A stretch of DNA of 64,000 nt from positions 35,712,001 to 35,776,000 of the forward strand of contig OX597837.1 of NCBI GenBank assembly GCA_951406725.2, written 5' to 3'. This document shows positions 37,180-49,660 of the stretch, in pieces (the first letter of the stretch is position 1; the number at the start of each line of letters is the position of its first letter). The notes beneath the pieces are model-generated. The model was not told the origin of the DNA. It saw only the letters and a program-made list of their open reading frames with translations, and did not search any database. This DNA is from Octopus vulgaris. Its lineage: Eukaryota. The position numbers and the translations under genes are program-made.

Positions 37180-38112
37180 TCACCTTTAATTAAGATATAA
37201 TTACCTTAATTCAGGCTTGTATTCCCAGGTGTAAACACATTTCTATTTAAGGTATAAACACATTTTTATTTAAGGTATACCCACACTTCTAATTAAGATG
37301 TGAATATATATCCCATTAGAATGCCATCACGCCTTTAATTACAGTATAAACACATCTGTAATTAACGTATAAATATATTTCCCGTTATGGTATAAGCTCT
37401 TAATGAAGGGGGAAATACACCTGTAATTGAAGTGTAAATGCACCTGGAATTAAGAGTTTAACTAAAACCTCTTAGAAGTGTGAGCACTTCTCTAGTGGAG
37501 GTGTGAATGTATCTCTAATTAAAGTGTAACTGTACTTCTAATTAAACATGTAAACACAGCTCTCATTAAGGTGTAAACATTTCTAATTAAGGTGTAAATA
37601 CATTTTCAATTATGATATAAACACCTAACGAAGGTGGAAATACACCTGTAATTAAAGTGTACGTATATCTGCAATTAAGAGTTATTAAACTTCTGTTTAG
37701 AAGACAGTGAATGTATGAAAATTCCCGTAACTAATTAAAGGTGTAAATATTAGTTTTAAAATGTAAATATACCTGTAATTAAGGTATAGCTAAGCCTCCA
37801 ATTAGAAATGTGAACACACTCCTAGTGAAGGTCTTATGTAACTATTCCTCCCACAAAAGGTGTGAACACATCTGTAATTAAGGTGTAAATATATCTTTCT
37901 AATTAACATGTAAATACACCTGTAAAAAAAAGTGTAAATATACCTGCGATTAGGGGATCAACTAAACATCCAATTAGAAGTGTAAGCACCCTCCTAGTAA
38001 AGGTGTGAAACTAACTCTAATTAAGGTGTAACTAAACCTCAAATTAAAGGTGTGAACACATCTCTAATTAAGGTGTAAATATAGCTCTCTAATTAAAGTG
38101 TGAGTGCACCTG
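37180..38112. repeat. Degenerate ~23-bp satellite taattaaggtgtaaatacacctg
   Basis: Tens of degenerate units over ~930 bp with a longer recurring block (..aattagaagtgtgagcac..ctagtg.aggt) at about 37460, 37795 and 37965. Confidence 0.85.
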
Positions 38113-39673
38113 CATTTTATTTCTTGTATATATATTTATATATTTTTTACCATTTTAGTTGCTTGCTAGGTCTGTTAGGGTGGGAGGGAGGAAGAGATGT
38201 TTTGTGACAGGTGTAACTTTCCGGCCTTAGCAGTTCTACCACCCCTATTACTACCACCACTGCCATCACCACCCCGTCACTCCCACTCCCACTACCATCA
38301 CTGTTTCTGTTACTACCACTGCAGCCATCATCATCACCAATACTACTACTATCACTCATACTACTACCACCACCACCATCGTTCCCACTACTACTACTAC
38401 TACCAACACCTCCATCACTGCCTCTGTGCAGAGGAGAGACAACAGGAAGGAAATTTGATTAGACCAGTGGGGTGGGGTGGGGGCAAGGTGTGTGTGTGAT
38501 TGCAGAACGGAATGATGAGAGTGGAGGGGTTGATGAGGGTGGAGGGTGGGTGCAGATAGTCCAATGTTACTGTAGAAATGTATGTGCAGGGGTGGTGAAG
38601 TGGGGGCGTTTTGTAATTAATTTGTGCCACCATCCCCTCACACATTGTGATACCTGTGTCCCTCCCCCTCTACCGCACTCTCTCTCTCTCTCGTTACACA
38701 GTGGTACATCTCTGACACTGGTACACACGCACCGAGATACTGTGATACCCCCATTCTCCCTCTCTCTCTCTCTCTCTTACATATGTGGTTGTGTGTGTTT
38801 ATTCCAACCCTGCACCTTACCGGGTTTCCTGCCAAACCATCCTACCCATGCCAGTACGGAAAGCAGCGATGAGGATGATGAGGATAGAGTATGTAGATAG
38901 GGTTGTACTCCAGGATGTTTACCAATGTAGCTTTTATTGGTAACGAAACACATGTAATATGGAATGAATGATACCAAAATTTTCCAGTTTTATCTTACAT
39001 TTATATAACAGAAAACGTGTGTGTGTGATTATCATCATTTAAACCGGCCATATCCGGCTAAAATATTTAATCTGTTTTATGTTCAAACTGACCAGATCCA
39101 GGCTCTCACACCTACCCTACAATGTTATTCTACATTAAGTAATTACACCATCAAGATCTTGAAGATATGAGATAATGCATGATTAATTCAAATCAATGGG
39201 AATCAACTAAGCATTATGTTTCATAGAATAATCAGAACACTAAAGGGTTAATGTCTGCTTTCCATGCTGGCTTGGGTTGGATGGTTTGACAGGAGCTTGC
39301 TTGACAGAAGACTGCACCAGGTTCCCATGTCTGTTTTGGCAAGATTTTAAGGGTTGGATGCCCTTGCTAGCACCAACCACTCCACAGAGTGAATTGAGTG
39401 CTTTTTACATGGTAACCAGCACAAGCGAGGTCAGTTTTGGCTGGGATTTTACAGCCTTATGTCCTTCTGAATGCCAACCATTTCACGGTGTGGACTGGAT
39501 GCTTTTTTAAGTGGCACCAGCACTGGTAGGGTTATCAGGTACCTTGCAAGACAAAGATCCTTTGAGAGGGGAGGAGAAACCTGTACAGACACACACAAAC
39601 ACACATCCATATACACATACAGACAGCTTGGGCTAATGTAAATGCACATATACATGGGTACACACTATCACAC

Positions 39674-39704
<31 letters not shown>

Positions 39705-40386
39705 GTGAGCACACATGTTGATTTGTTCTCAGTCGAAAGACACCTGTTGTTATATTCTTGTTGTTTGTATTTGTAATTGTGTACCATGGTGTCTGTTTTT
39801 TGTCTTTGTTGCTGTACACATTTGCTAGCTTTCTTACAAAAAAATCTAATGCTCTTAGCTTAGACTTTTTTGGGGGCAACCAGATTAAACTATCTCAAGT
39901 GTAACTGCCCGAAACAGTAAGGATATCTGGTAACTTGACTGAAGAAAGAAGGCCACGAATGACCCGTCCTTTTTTTTTCCCTGTCCTAATTATTTTTCCT
40001 CCTGTCCGCCTTTGTATCATCTATCTGTCCAAATGTTTTGTCCTCTATTGCATTTTTGTTCCATTTTACACACACACATCTATATCATGTGTTTGACCAG
40101 ACTATCAGATGTTGTTAAACATCACTGGTCACAATGCACTTTGCATTGTTTTTAGCTGTCAGATGATGCCACCACACCACTGGCTAACATTCTCCCTGAT
40201 CGGATGGCAACTCTGTTGTAGAGTTTCCTGTCCACATCTGAGTGGACTTGTGAGAAACATAGGATGAGACTGAGTCTTTTGCTCAAGAACACAATGCACT
40301 GCTTGGTTTGGGAATCGAACTCACAATTGTTTGATCATGAGTGCAACACTTTAACCAATATACCACATACCTTCACACAAATGCAT

Positions 40387-40623
40387 ATCATTGCTATTAT
40401 GCAGAAGTGTCATAAGTCCAAAATGTTGCTTTTTCGGAAAACGGAAAAATAGTTTCACCATTCCATAGCAAGACCATTGTACAACACTTTGACAAGTTTT
40501 GATATCTTGGCATCTGAAGCAACTGGAGATACGATAGTTTGACCAAAAGAACTGGCTACTGCAACCAAAAGTAAATATTGGAAAAAATTTGGACATACGA
40601 CAGTTTAAGATAATAGTAACGAT
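40387..40623. mobile_element. ~230-bp MITE (TIR atcattgctattatg); second copy 53354-53580
   Basis: Two colinear copies 13 kb apart, each with terminal inverted repeats ending taatag(c/t)aa(t/c)gat. Confidence 0.75.
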
Positions 40624-40892
40624 GTGTATATATATATATATATACACATATATATATATATCTATATATGAACATACACACATACATATGCATACACATG
40701 CATGCTCATACACATACATATGCATACACATGCATGCACATATACATACACATGCATGCACATATACATACACATGCATGCACATATACATACACATGCA
40801 AGCACATATACATACACATGCATGCACATATACATACACATGCTTGCACATATACATATGCATACACACATACATATATATATATACACATA

Positions 40893-41451
40893 CAGGTTGG
40901 GGCAGAGAGGGCAGACATTTTTGAAAAAATTCACAAAATCATTTATTTTAGCTACAAACAAATTTTATTGACATCGATGTGTTCATATTGATTTAGCATT
41001 TGTGAAAATCAAGTGTGGAAAACAACATCCATCATGTGGTGTCCATTTCCATTGATGCTTTTCCGAAAGCTTGTCTGACATGTTCCACATTTTCCGGGGT
41101 CCATACCATTCATGGCACCCCCACTGGTCTCCTGTTCATTAGTATACCTCATGTACGAAGTGCATTCACCCAACATAAGATTGTGTTACGGGCAAGGACA
41201 GCCTGGTTTCGGTGAATGTTCAAGTGGCACTGACACTCAGGCTGAACTGCTGTGACAGCTTCGTTATTCTTCATGCAACTGTTGGAGGCAAACACGTGAT
41301 TCTCTAATATCCACAGCACCATGACTTCACCTGAAAAGAACAAAAAAATACTAAGACACCAGAGACCGAATGGTACCTGTCGGACATGTCTCTCCCCTTG
41401 GGGCTGAGTATCAGCCATTTCAAAAACCTCCACCCTCTCTGCCCTAGCCTG
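40893..41451 (-). mobile_element. Internally deleted Tc1/mariner element retaining transposase N-terminal HTH
   Basis: TA-caggttggggcagagaggg ... ccctctctgccctagcctg-TA; minus ORF 41322-41149 MVLWILENHVFASNSCMKNNEAVTAVQPECQCHLNIHRNQAVLARNTILCWVNALRT resembles the DUF4817-type HTH. Confidence 0.85.
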
Positions 41452-41620
41452 TACATATGGACATACACAAACACACACATATTTGTGTATAAAAAGCAAT
41501 GTGTGTGTGTGTGTGTGTGTGTGCATAGTTGAAATTTACAGTAAAACAAAAGATGAAGACAAATGTATAAACAACAAGCAGGTTTATTAGTTTGATGCAC
41601 GGGAAGGGAGGTGAGAAAGT

Positions 41621-41657
41621 CTTTTATGTTTCGAGCCTATGCTCTTCAACAGAAAAG
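41621..41657 (-). ncRNA. Minimal hammerhead-like motif
   Basis: ctttt-CTGTTGA-a-gagc atag gctc-GAAAC-ATA-aaag (A6U variant). Confidence 0.55.
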
Positions 41658-41799
41658 AACACTAGGAAATAAACAGACAGAATAAAAAAAAAAAACTTGT
41701 GGATTTAGCTATCAATGATTGATATATATAGACCTCATGTGTACCGTTGGCGATTTTTTTCCCTCTGTCTTCCCTTCTCTGGATCTTTCCTTCTCCTAT

Positions 41800-41834
41800 G
41801 TTTCCGACGAAGAGCTCCGCTCGAAACATCAAAC
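41800..41834 (+). ncRNA. Minimal hammerhead-like motif
   Basis: gttt-CCGACGA-a-gagc tcc gctc-GAAAC-ATC-aaac; stems I and II pair; U4C variant. Confidence 0.6.
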
Positions 41835-41924
41835 CCTCCTTCTTCCCTGAGCGTCCAATAATACTATATTTGTTCCACGTCCTCGCGTTGTTGTCTTTTT
41901 TTGTGCTTTCTTGTTTGGATTAAC

Positions 41925-41957
<33 letters not shown>

Positions 41958-41977
41958 GTGTATGTATGTATGTATGA

Positions 41978-42180
41978 TAACTGAAAAATGCATTAAATAA
42001 ACAATGACAGCTAAAAAATGTTCACATAGGACGGACACAGAAGGCTTCAATCTTTCATCAGTTATCGACCAAATGGCATACCATTTGGTTGATAACTGAA
42101 GAAGAATTAGGGGCCTTATGTGCCTGTCCTATGTGAACATTTTTTAGCTGTCATTGTTTATTTAATGCATTTTTCAGTTA
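41978..42180. repeat. 203-bp fold-back palindrome
   Basis: Perfect 55-bp outer arms, diverged middle, 19-bp inner stem with one G-T and a 4-nt loop (cata). Confidence 0.95.
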
Positions 42181-42224
42181 CTGAGTAACTGAATGCAATG
42201 CATCCCGACTTTTGTTAAAAGTAA

Positions 42225-42676
42225 GATTTGTATTTATGTATATCTGTATGTATATATTTATGCCTGTATATATATATATATATATTTATGTATACACATA
42301 TATGTATGTGTATGTATGTATGTATGTGTATGTATGTATGTATATATATATATATATGTATGTGTATGTATGTATGTATGTATATGTATATATGTATGTG
42401 TATGTATATATATGTATGTATGTGTATGTATGTATGTATGTATGTATGTATGTATGTGTATGTATGTATGTATGTATGTGTATGTATGTATGTATATGTG
42501 TGTGTATGTATGTATGTATGTATGTATGTATGTGTGTGTATGTATGTATGTATATATGTATGTGTGTGTATGTATGTGTATATGTATGTATGTATGTGTA
42601 TATGTATGTGTATGCATGTATATATATGTATGTGCATGCATGCTTGTATGTTTATGTATGTGCATGCATGTATGTT

Positions 42677-42725
<49 letters not shown>

Positions 42726-42726
42726 G
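42225..42726. repeat. (TATG)n/(TA)n microsatellite
   Basis: Directly visible. Confidence 0.95.
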
Positions 42727-43355
42727 TTAGTAGCTTGCCTTGAGTAAACATTTCTGGAATCACTTGGCTCCATGTCTGTACTTCAGTTCTTCAGTGCATG
42801 GCAATGTTGGCAGAGGGAGGAGGGAGGAAATGGACGAACTAGGGTGGGGGGAAGGGGGATATTATACGGAAAGGGCCACACCCCCCTCACAGGCCCACCA
42901 TCCCATCTTCTTCATCTTCATCATGCAACATACAGCTCCGTATTCATCATCATCATCATCATCATCATTTTTCTGTGTGCTGTATCAAGATACTGCAATA
43001 ATTATCAATAGAATCGTGTAATCTCTGTATGTAACCCAATACACATTTCACCCTCCGCCCCCACCCCCCCATCTTTATTTCCTCTCTCTACTCCTCCTCC
43101 TCCTCCTGTTCCATCTCCGAGGCTGTGGTGGTGATGCTAATGGTAAATGGTAGTGATGGCGACGTGAGGAGAGTAGGAACGTAACAGTTCCACTTTTATA
43201 CCAGCTGAAAAACCATTTTGTTTAGGAGACGAACTGTGAGTCATCTGCGAGAGGTTTTTTTCCCTTTCTCCTCTAAGCATTCTATTTACATCATAGGAAA
43301 TAATAATGATAATAATAATAATGATAATAATAATAATGATAATGATAATAATAAT

Positions 43356-43598
43356 GAAGTGCAAAAGATTGTCTTAACTGGTACATCACACGTCTTGAGA
43401 AGAGCATTGTCGATGTGAGAACTGTTGCTGCTCATGTATTTTAATTTAACTTTAAAAAAAAATTTAAAAAAAAAAAATTAACGAACTATTGAGTTTGGTT
43501 TAATGGCCTACCAATGTATACTATGAGTTTCTTTGCCCTAGGAGTCGGGAAGACACTCGGCAAGAAATGGAAGCAAATTTGAAAGAAGAAAAAAAAAA
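43356..43598 (+). mobile_element. 5'-truncated R4/Dong-like LINE in (TAA/GAT)n
   Basis: EVQKIVLTGTSHVLRRALSM* (ends 43418) resembles the R4/Dong C-terminal QK.VLLGT..ILRR motif; 3' UTR, poly(A), microsatellite on both flanks. Confidence 0.75.
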
Positions 43599-43904
43599 AT
43601 AATAATGATGATAATAATGATAATGATAATAATAATGATAATAATGATGATAATGATAATAATAATAATGATAATAATAATGATAATGATGATAATGATA
43701 ATAATAATGATAATGATGATAATGATAATAATAATAATGATAATAATGATAATGATGATAATAATGATAATAATGATAATAATAATAATAATAATAATGA
43801 TAATAATAATAATAATGATGATAATAATGATAATGATAATAATAATGATGATAATAATGATAATGATAATAATGATAATGATAATAATGATAATAATAAT
43901 AATC

Positions 43905-44800
43905 CGTTCTCCTATATGTGTGAGGACTGAAAGTCTTTGGGGAGGGGTCCAGTTGATTAGATCAACCCCCAGTATGCCACTGGTACTTACGCTTTTGATC
44001 CCGGAAGGATGAAAAGCAAAGTTGACCTTGGTGGAATTTGAACTCAGAAAGTAGCGACTGGCGAAATACCACTAAGCATTTTGCCTGGTGTGCTAACGAT
44101 GCTGCCAAGCTCACCACCTTAATAATAATAATAATATTAATGATAATAATAATCCTTTCTAGTAAAGGCATAAAGCCTGGAATTTTGAAGGATGAGGATA
44201 ATTGATTACATAATTATAATAATGGATTCAAATTTTGGCAAGAGCCTAGCAGTTTTGGGGGAAGGGGCTATGATGATTAAATTGACCCCAGTACTCAACT
44301 GATACTTATTTTATCAGCCACAAAAAGATGAAAGGCAAAGCTGACCCCAGTGAAGTTTGAACTCAGAACCTGAGGACGGACGAAATACCACTAAGCATTC
44401 CGCCTCGTGTGTTAACAATTCTACTTGCTCACCACCTTAATAATAATAATAATAATAATAATCTTTTCTACTATAAGCTCTAGTCTGAAGTTTGAAGGAG
44501 GAGACAAGTCGATTATATGGACCCCAGTGTTCAACTGGTACCTATTCTATGAACCCTGAAAGGCAAAGTCGACATCAGCAGGATTTGAACTCAGATCGTG
44601 GAAACGGATGAAATGCCACCAAGCATTTTTTTTCTGTGTACTAACATTTCTGCTAAATAACAATACTTTCTGTTATAGGCACGAAGCCTGAAATTTTGGG
44701 GGGAGGCAGCTCGTTGACTATTGACCCCAATGCTAAACTGGTCCTTATTTCATTGACGCTGAAAGAAGGAAAGGCAAAGTTAACTTTGGAGGATTTTGAA
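43905..44800 (-). mobile_element. Chain of SINE B copies separated by (AAT)n
   Basis: At least four reverse copies, each with gaaaggcaaagt.gacc..gg(a)atttgaactcag or part of it. Confidence 0.85.
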
Positions 44801-45289
44801 ATAATAATAATAATAATAACATATATATATATATACATATATATACATACATACGCATATATATATACATACATACACATATATATATATACATACACAT
44901 ATATATATATATATATATATACATACATACACATATATATATATATATACATACATACACATATATATATATATATACATACATACACACATATATATAT
45001 ATATATATACATGCATACACATATATATATATATATACATGCATACACATATATACATACATACACATACATATATATTTATACATAAATATATATATAT
45101 ATATGTACAGACATAAATATATACATAGACTCAGAGAGTGCAAACTTCCACCAAGGCAGCACCAAAGTCCTTTCAATAATTAGCCAGAGATGATTTTTAA
45201 AATGAGAATACCTGAAATAAACTCGACTGCTCTCACAAACAAGAATACTAAAAATGAACCTGACCGCTCTCAAAAATTATGTAAAAAAA

Positions 45290-45505
45290 AAAAAAAACAG
45301 GGAAAATAATCCAAAATAATCAAAAATAATCCTTCTCTGGTACTGGATTGATCCCAAAATCTAATCAGCTCATGCCAGTCATGGGGCCAAACTTCACTGA
45401 AAGTTTCATCCGAATCCATCCTGTGGTTCTTGAGATATCTTGTACATGGACAAACAAATGCGACTGAAAACAATACCTCTACCTCTGCTAAGGCGGAGGT
45501 AATAA
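45290..45505 (-). mobile_element. Probable non-autonomous Helentron/HINE-like fragment
   Basis: Minus strand begins ttattacctccgcc..gaggtattgttttc..gtttgtcc..atctcaa..ggatggattcggatgaaacttt, a pattern I recall from this class. Confidence 0.5.
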
Positions 45506-46928
45506 TAGTCCTTTCTATTATAGGCACAAGGCCTGAAATTTGGTGCGAGGGCGTTAGTCCATTACAATGACCACCGTGCTTGACTGCTACTTATTTTATC
45601 GACCCTGTGAGGATGAAAGGCAAAGTCGAGCTGGGTGAAATTTGAACTCAGAACGTAAGGACGGATGAAGTGACGCTAATCATTTTGCGCAGCGTGCTAA
45701 CGATTCAGCCAGCTTGTCGCCATGAATAATTAGGTGGCATTTCTGGAATGTTCCATTTAGTGCAGAGAATGCATTTAGCATGTGGTATATGGTTTATTAT
45801 TGCATATCATGGCCATTACCACCACCACCACTATCATCATCATCACCAGACAGGCTACAGCCATACCACCACCATCCATAAAAACTGGGTCGCAAAAAGA
45901 TCCTTGCTATTACCTATAACTTAAGCCATCACCTCTGTCTCAGACCATCACTGTAATCACTGCTAACAATACCATTCCTGGGCATCATCATCATCATCAT
46001 CATCAGAGTATGGCATTGAATCACTGTTCTGGGGGACAAGTGACTGTTGACCTCTGACCTCTCAAGTAGATGTCTGGCTGGATGCTATATTTGTCACCGC
46101 AGACATCACTGCTACTACCACCATCCATGCTGGATTCATTTCTGGCGCCACCACCGCCACCACCACCATCTTCACTCCCTCTCCAGTATTACCATCACCA
46201 TCATCATTACCTCCACCACCATCAACCATCATCACTGCCACCACCACCACCACCACCATCCTCACTCCTCCATCACCATCACCATTATAGTAATCATCAC
46301 CACTATCACCAACAGCATTACCATTATTACAACCTCTACCATCACCATAACAGAGAGTGGGGTGAGAGAGAGAGGGGAAAGGGAGTGAGAGAGAGGGGTG
46401 AGGGAGTGAGAGAGAGGGGAAGGGGTGAGAGAGAGAGAGAACAAGTGTTTTCTTTTGCTTATTATCTAAGCACAATGGAAGTTTTCTTCTCCCTAAAATA
46501 GGGGCTTCTTTTTAGGTTCCCTTCCTTATTCCAGTCTTGAGGTGTCAAAGACTCCTCCTCCCCCACCGTTTTTTTTTTAGTTTTTGTTTTAGGGATACCT
46601 TCCCCCACATCACACTTACATGCACGCACACACTGTCTCTTATATTCTTAGAATTCCTGAAGACTTTTGGTGTAGAAGGACAAGAAATTGGGTTGAGTCT
46701 GTCATGGAATGGTGGAAAGTGTGTGAATGGCAGTGGCAGGTGGGGGGAGACCATGGGGTTAGTGTCGGTGGTAGGGGTGGTGGTGTTGTGGATTTAGAAG
46801 TATTAAGTTTGGATTATCTACTGGAGAAGATTTAGTGTGAAGTTTCAACCCTTTAGCAATTCATATTACTCTGTCAAATGTAAGGCTTCCCAACCACATG
46901 GTTCTGGGTTCAGTCCTACTGTGTGGCG

Positions 46929-47149
46929 CAGTGCTTTTCAACCTTTTTGCTGGAGCGGAACCTCAAGGAAACATTCCACTGGCTCGAGGAACCCCTGTGC
47001 AATAATTTAATAGTCTTATGCACACATATCTGCACAGGAGAATTAAAAATTACTGCCGATTTTAGCACTTTTGTAACTTCTTGCGGAACCCCTGGACTGT
47101 ACTGGCGGAAAACCCTAAGGTTCCGTGGAACCCTGGTTGAAAACCATTG
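46929..47149. mobile_element. hAT (Charlie-like) MITE inside a SINE A head
   Basis: TIR cagtgcttttcaacc / ggttgaaaaccattg; 8-bp TSD gtgtggcg / gtgtggaa. Confidence 0.8.
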
Positions 47150-47179
47150 GTGTGGAATCTTGGTGTGTCTTCTACTATA

Positions 47180-47545
47180 TCTATCTTTCTAGGCCTCAGG
47201 ACACCCCAAGACAGTTTCCACAAATCTTTCCCCATTCATCTCACTCTTCCATAATGGTCCCCAGCTCCGGTGCCCCTTCCATACCAGTATCCTCCAGTGA
47301 GTTGCCGATATAGGTCGTTTTCCTCCTTCCTCTCCTGGTTCTTCCTTTTCCGTTGGTTGCCAGAGCCCTAAGCTTATTAGCAATTTCATCGGTGTGTCTG
47401 ATGCACCATCCAGCTAGCCTCATCCTTCTGTGCTGTGCCTTCTATGTTACTTTTGGTAGTCCCTGGCATAAGTCGGTTGTTTGTTGTCTGACTCTTCCAG
47501 GAAACCTTGAGTGCCGTTCTAAGCATCCTCATATAACACCCATCC
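47180..47545 (-). mobile_element. RTE/RTEX-clade LINE ORF C-terminal fragment
   Basis: DGCYMRMLRTALKVSWKS...RRMRLAGWCIRH...GRRKTTYIGNSLEDTG with stops and frameshifts. Confidence 0.75.
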
Positions 47546-48401
47546 CAACAAAGCTTTGTGTGTGAATTTGGTAGACAGAAACTGAAAGAAGTCCATTGTG
47601 TGTGTATGTATGTATGTATATTAGTTGCTGGTAAGTTTACATTATGGCTTGTAACAGTAATTATATATTAAGAGTATGGAGTGTTTTTATTATTAACTTT
47701 TGAATTAGGAAATAATGTATTTCAATCATAATTATTACATTATCCGTTAAATTAAATTCAATTGTGTTTTGTTTCAGAGAGAATTAAAATAAAGCTTTCA
47801 CTTTCTCTCATTATAGTAGTAACCATGGAAGACTGGTGGGATTATTATTTCTTCCGCCGAAGTTGACTTTGCCTTTCATCCTTTCAGGGTCAATAAATAA
47901 AGTACCAGTTTCACACTGGGGTCGATGTAATCGACTTAATCCCTTTGTCTGTCCTTGTTTAGCCCCTTGTGGGCAATAAAGAAATATATTTCTATCAACT
48001 TTAAGATTGGTTACTATTTAGTATATAATTTAGTTATTGTAGGTTTATTATTAATAGCGATACAGATATACATAGATTTGTACATCTTGTTTGATTTTAA
48101 AGTTAATGCTCAATCCTGCCTATATTTAGATTGAATACTGTTGTACATTGGGTAAATGTGTTTGACAGTTGTGGTTTTTTGGTTTGTTTGGTGGAAATTT
48201 ACATTCATTGCCCCCTTTTGGCCACCCTATTATTACTCCACTTTTCTTCAGCGCTCCATTTGATCTTTCTGCTGCCCACAGGGGAGCAGTACTGCCCACT
48301 TTGGGAACCACTAATTTAAACTAACATTTAAAAAATTTTATCAGAAATCAAAGATTGTAATGAAAAGTAAAAAAAGAAAGCTACTACTGTTTTTGCAACG
48401 A

Positions 48402-48471
48402 AACCTCTGAACAACCTCCCGTGATAGGGATCGGGGCCTGGAACTAACCCCGTGAACGAGGAATTCCCGGT
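48402..48471 (+). pseudogene. Isolated 18S rRNA fragment
   Basis: cgtgatagggatcgggg..ccccgtgaacgaggaattccc matches the conserved 3' major domain of eukaryotic SSU rRNA; no flanking rDNA. Confidence 0.8.
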
Positions 48472-48823
48472 GTTGAATCAATGATCTTTCATTCATTATT
48501 GGAATAATATTAACACGAGAAAGCAAAATGCTTTCAATTCTGTCAGTATACAAATGGCCCTCAAAAACCTTCCTGTGATTGAAGTGGCCCACAATGTGAT
48601 TCAAGTTGGCCAGGCCTGGATTATCTCATAGCTTTGAGATTTTGATGATGGAACTTAATTTTCAGAGTGACATTGTTGGGTAGGCGTGAGAAACAGGATC
48701 TGGCCAGTTTGGGCATAAAACAGACAGAATATGGATACAGCTGGTTTAAAGGCTTAAGGAAGAGAGAGAGAGAGTCGGGTGGTTTGGGGTAGGTGTAATA
48801 TCAGGGGCATGTTGATATGGTCC

Positions 48824-49660
48824 TTTCTGTTGCTGTTACAGATTTGGAAATTTTAAAATGAAGTGAAAATTCTCAAATTTGGTGTATTGGTGTAATTTTT
48901 CATGCTCAATCCCTGAATTTAGGATTCATCTGTTGCCAGGAAAATTTAGGAAAGTGTTGCAGAGAGGTTCAAAGTTTGATAGTTTTTAGTCCAATCAGAA
49001 AACAGGAATCTGAAGCTGTGCAATTTCTGCGTGATTGCTGTCTGCCACAAAATGACAGACAGAAATAACATGAGCGTAAAATGATGATTCATCAAAACTT
49101 GTGGTGAAAGTGTCACAGTTGTGCAGTGTACGGTGTTCTTGTTACATTGAAAAATAGAGCAGATTACAGCTTTGCTTGTAACTAAGGAAACACACTAATG
49201 CGAGATTTAAGGTCTTGTGCATAAAGGTGATTTTTGGTTGGCTAAAATTACTGAAAATTTGCCAAAAAGTGGCTTTTGATTGGTTAATATTACCGAAAAT
49301 TTGCAAAAAGGCAACTTTTGATTGGTTAAAATTACCGAAAATATGCAAAAAAGGTGGCTTTTGATTGGTTAAAATTACCGAAAATTTGCAAAAAAGGTGG
49401 TTTTTGATTGGCTAAAAATTACCGAAAATTTGCAAAAAGGTGGCTTTTGATTGGTTAAAATTACCTAAAATTTGCAAAAAAGGTGGCTTTTGATTAGCAA
49501 ACTTTAGAAGTTAACTTTTTTTTTATATCTATTAATTTATAGCAATAATGAATTTCATTTTTGTAATTAGCGTACAAAACGAAATCGTTATGACCAAGTT
49601 TGAAAACAATTGGAACAGAAAAAATTGAAAAAATATGAAATCTGTGACAGCAACTGAAAA
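48824..49660. mobile_element. Non-autonomous TIR element with internal 42-bp tandem array (49226-49498)
   Basis: Arms tttctgttgctgttacagattt / aaatctgtgacagcaactgaaa; about 6.5 units of ggtggcttttgattggttaaaattaccgaaaatttgcaaaaa. Confidence 0.7.

Noticed and set aside
39850-39925. Hammerhead-like gggca..tgcccGAAAC
   Set aside because: No CUGANGA box upstream; too degenerate to call. Same for 60298-60350 and 681-690.
48402-48471. Functional rRNA gene
   Set aside because: Only ~70 bp, no surrounding rDNA.
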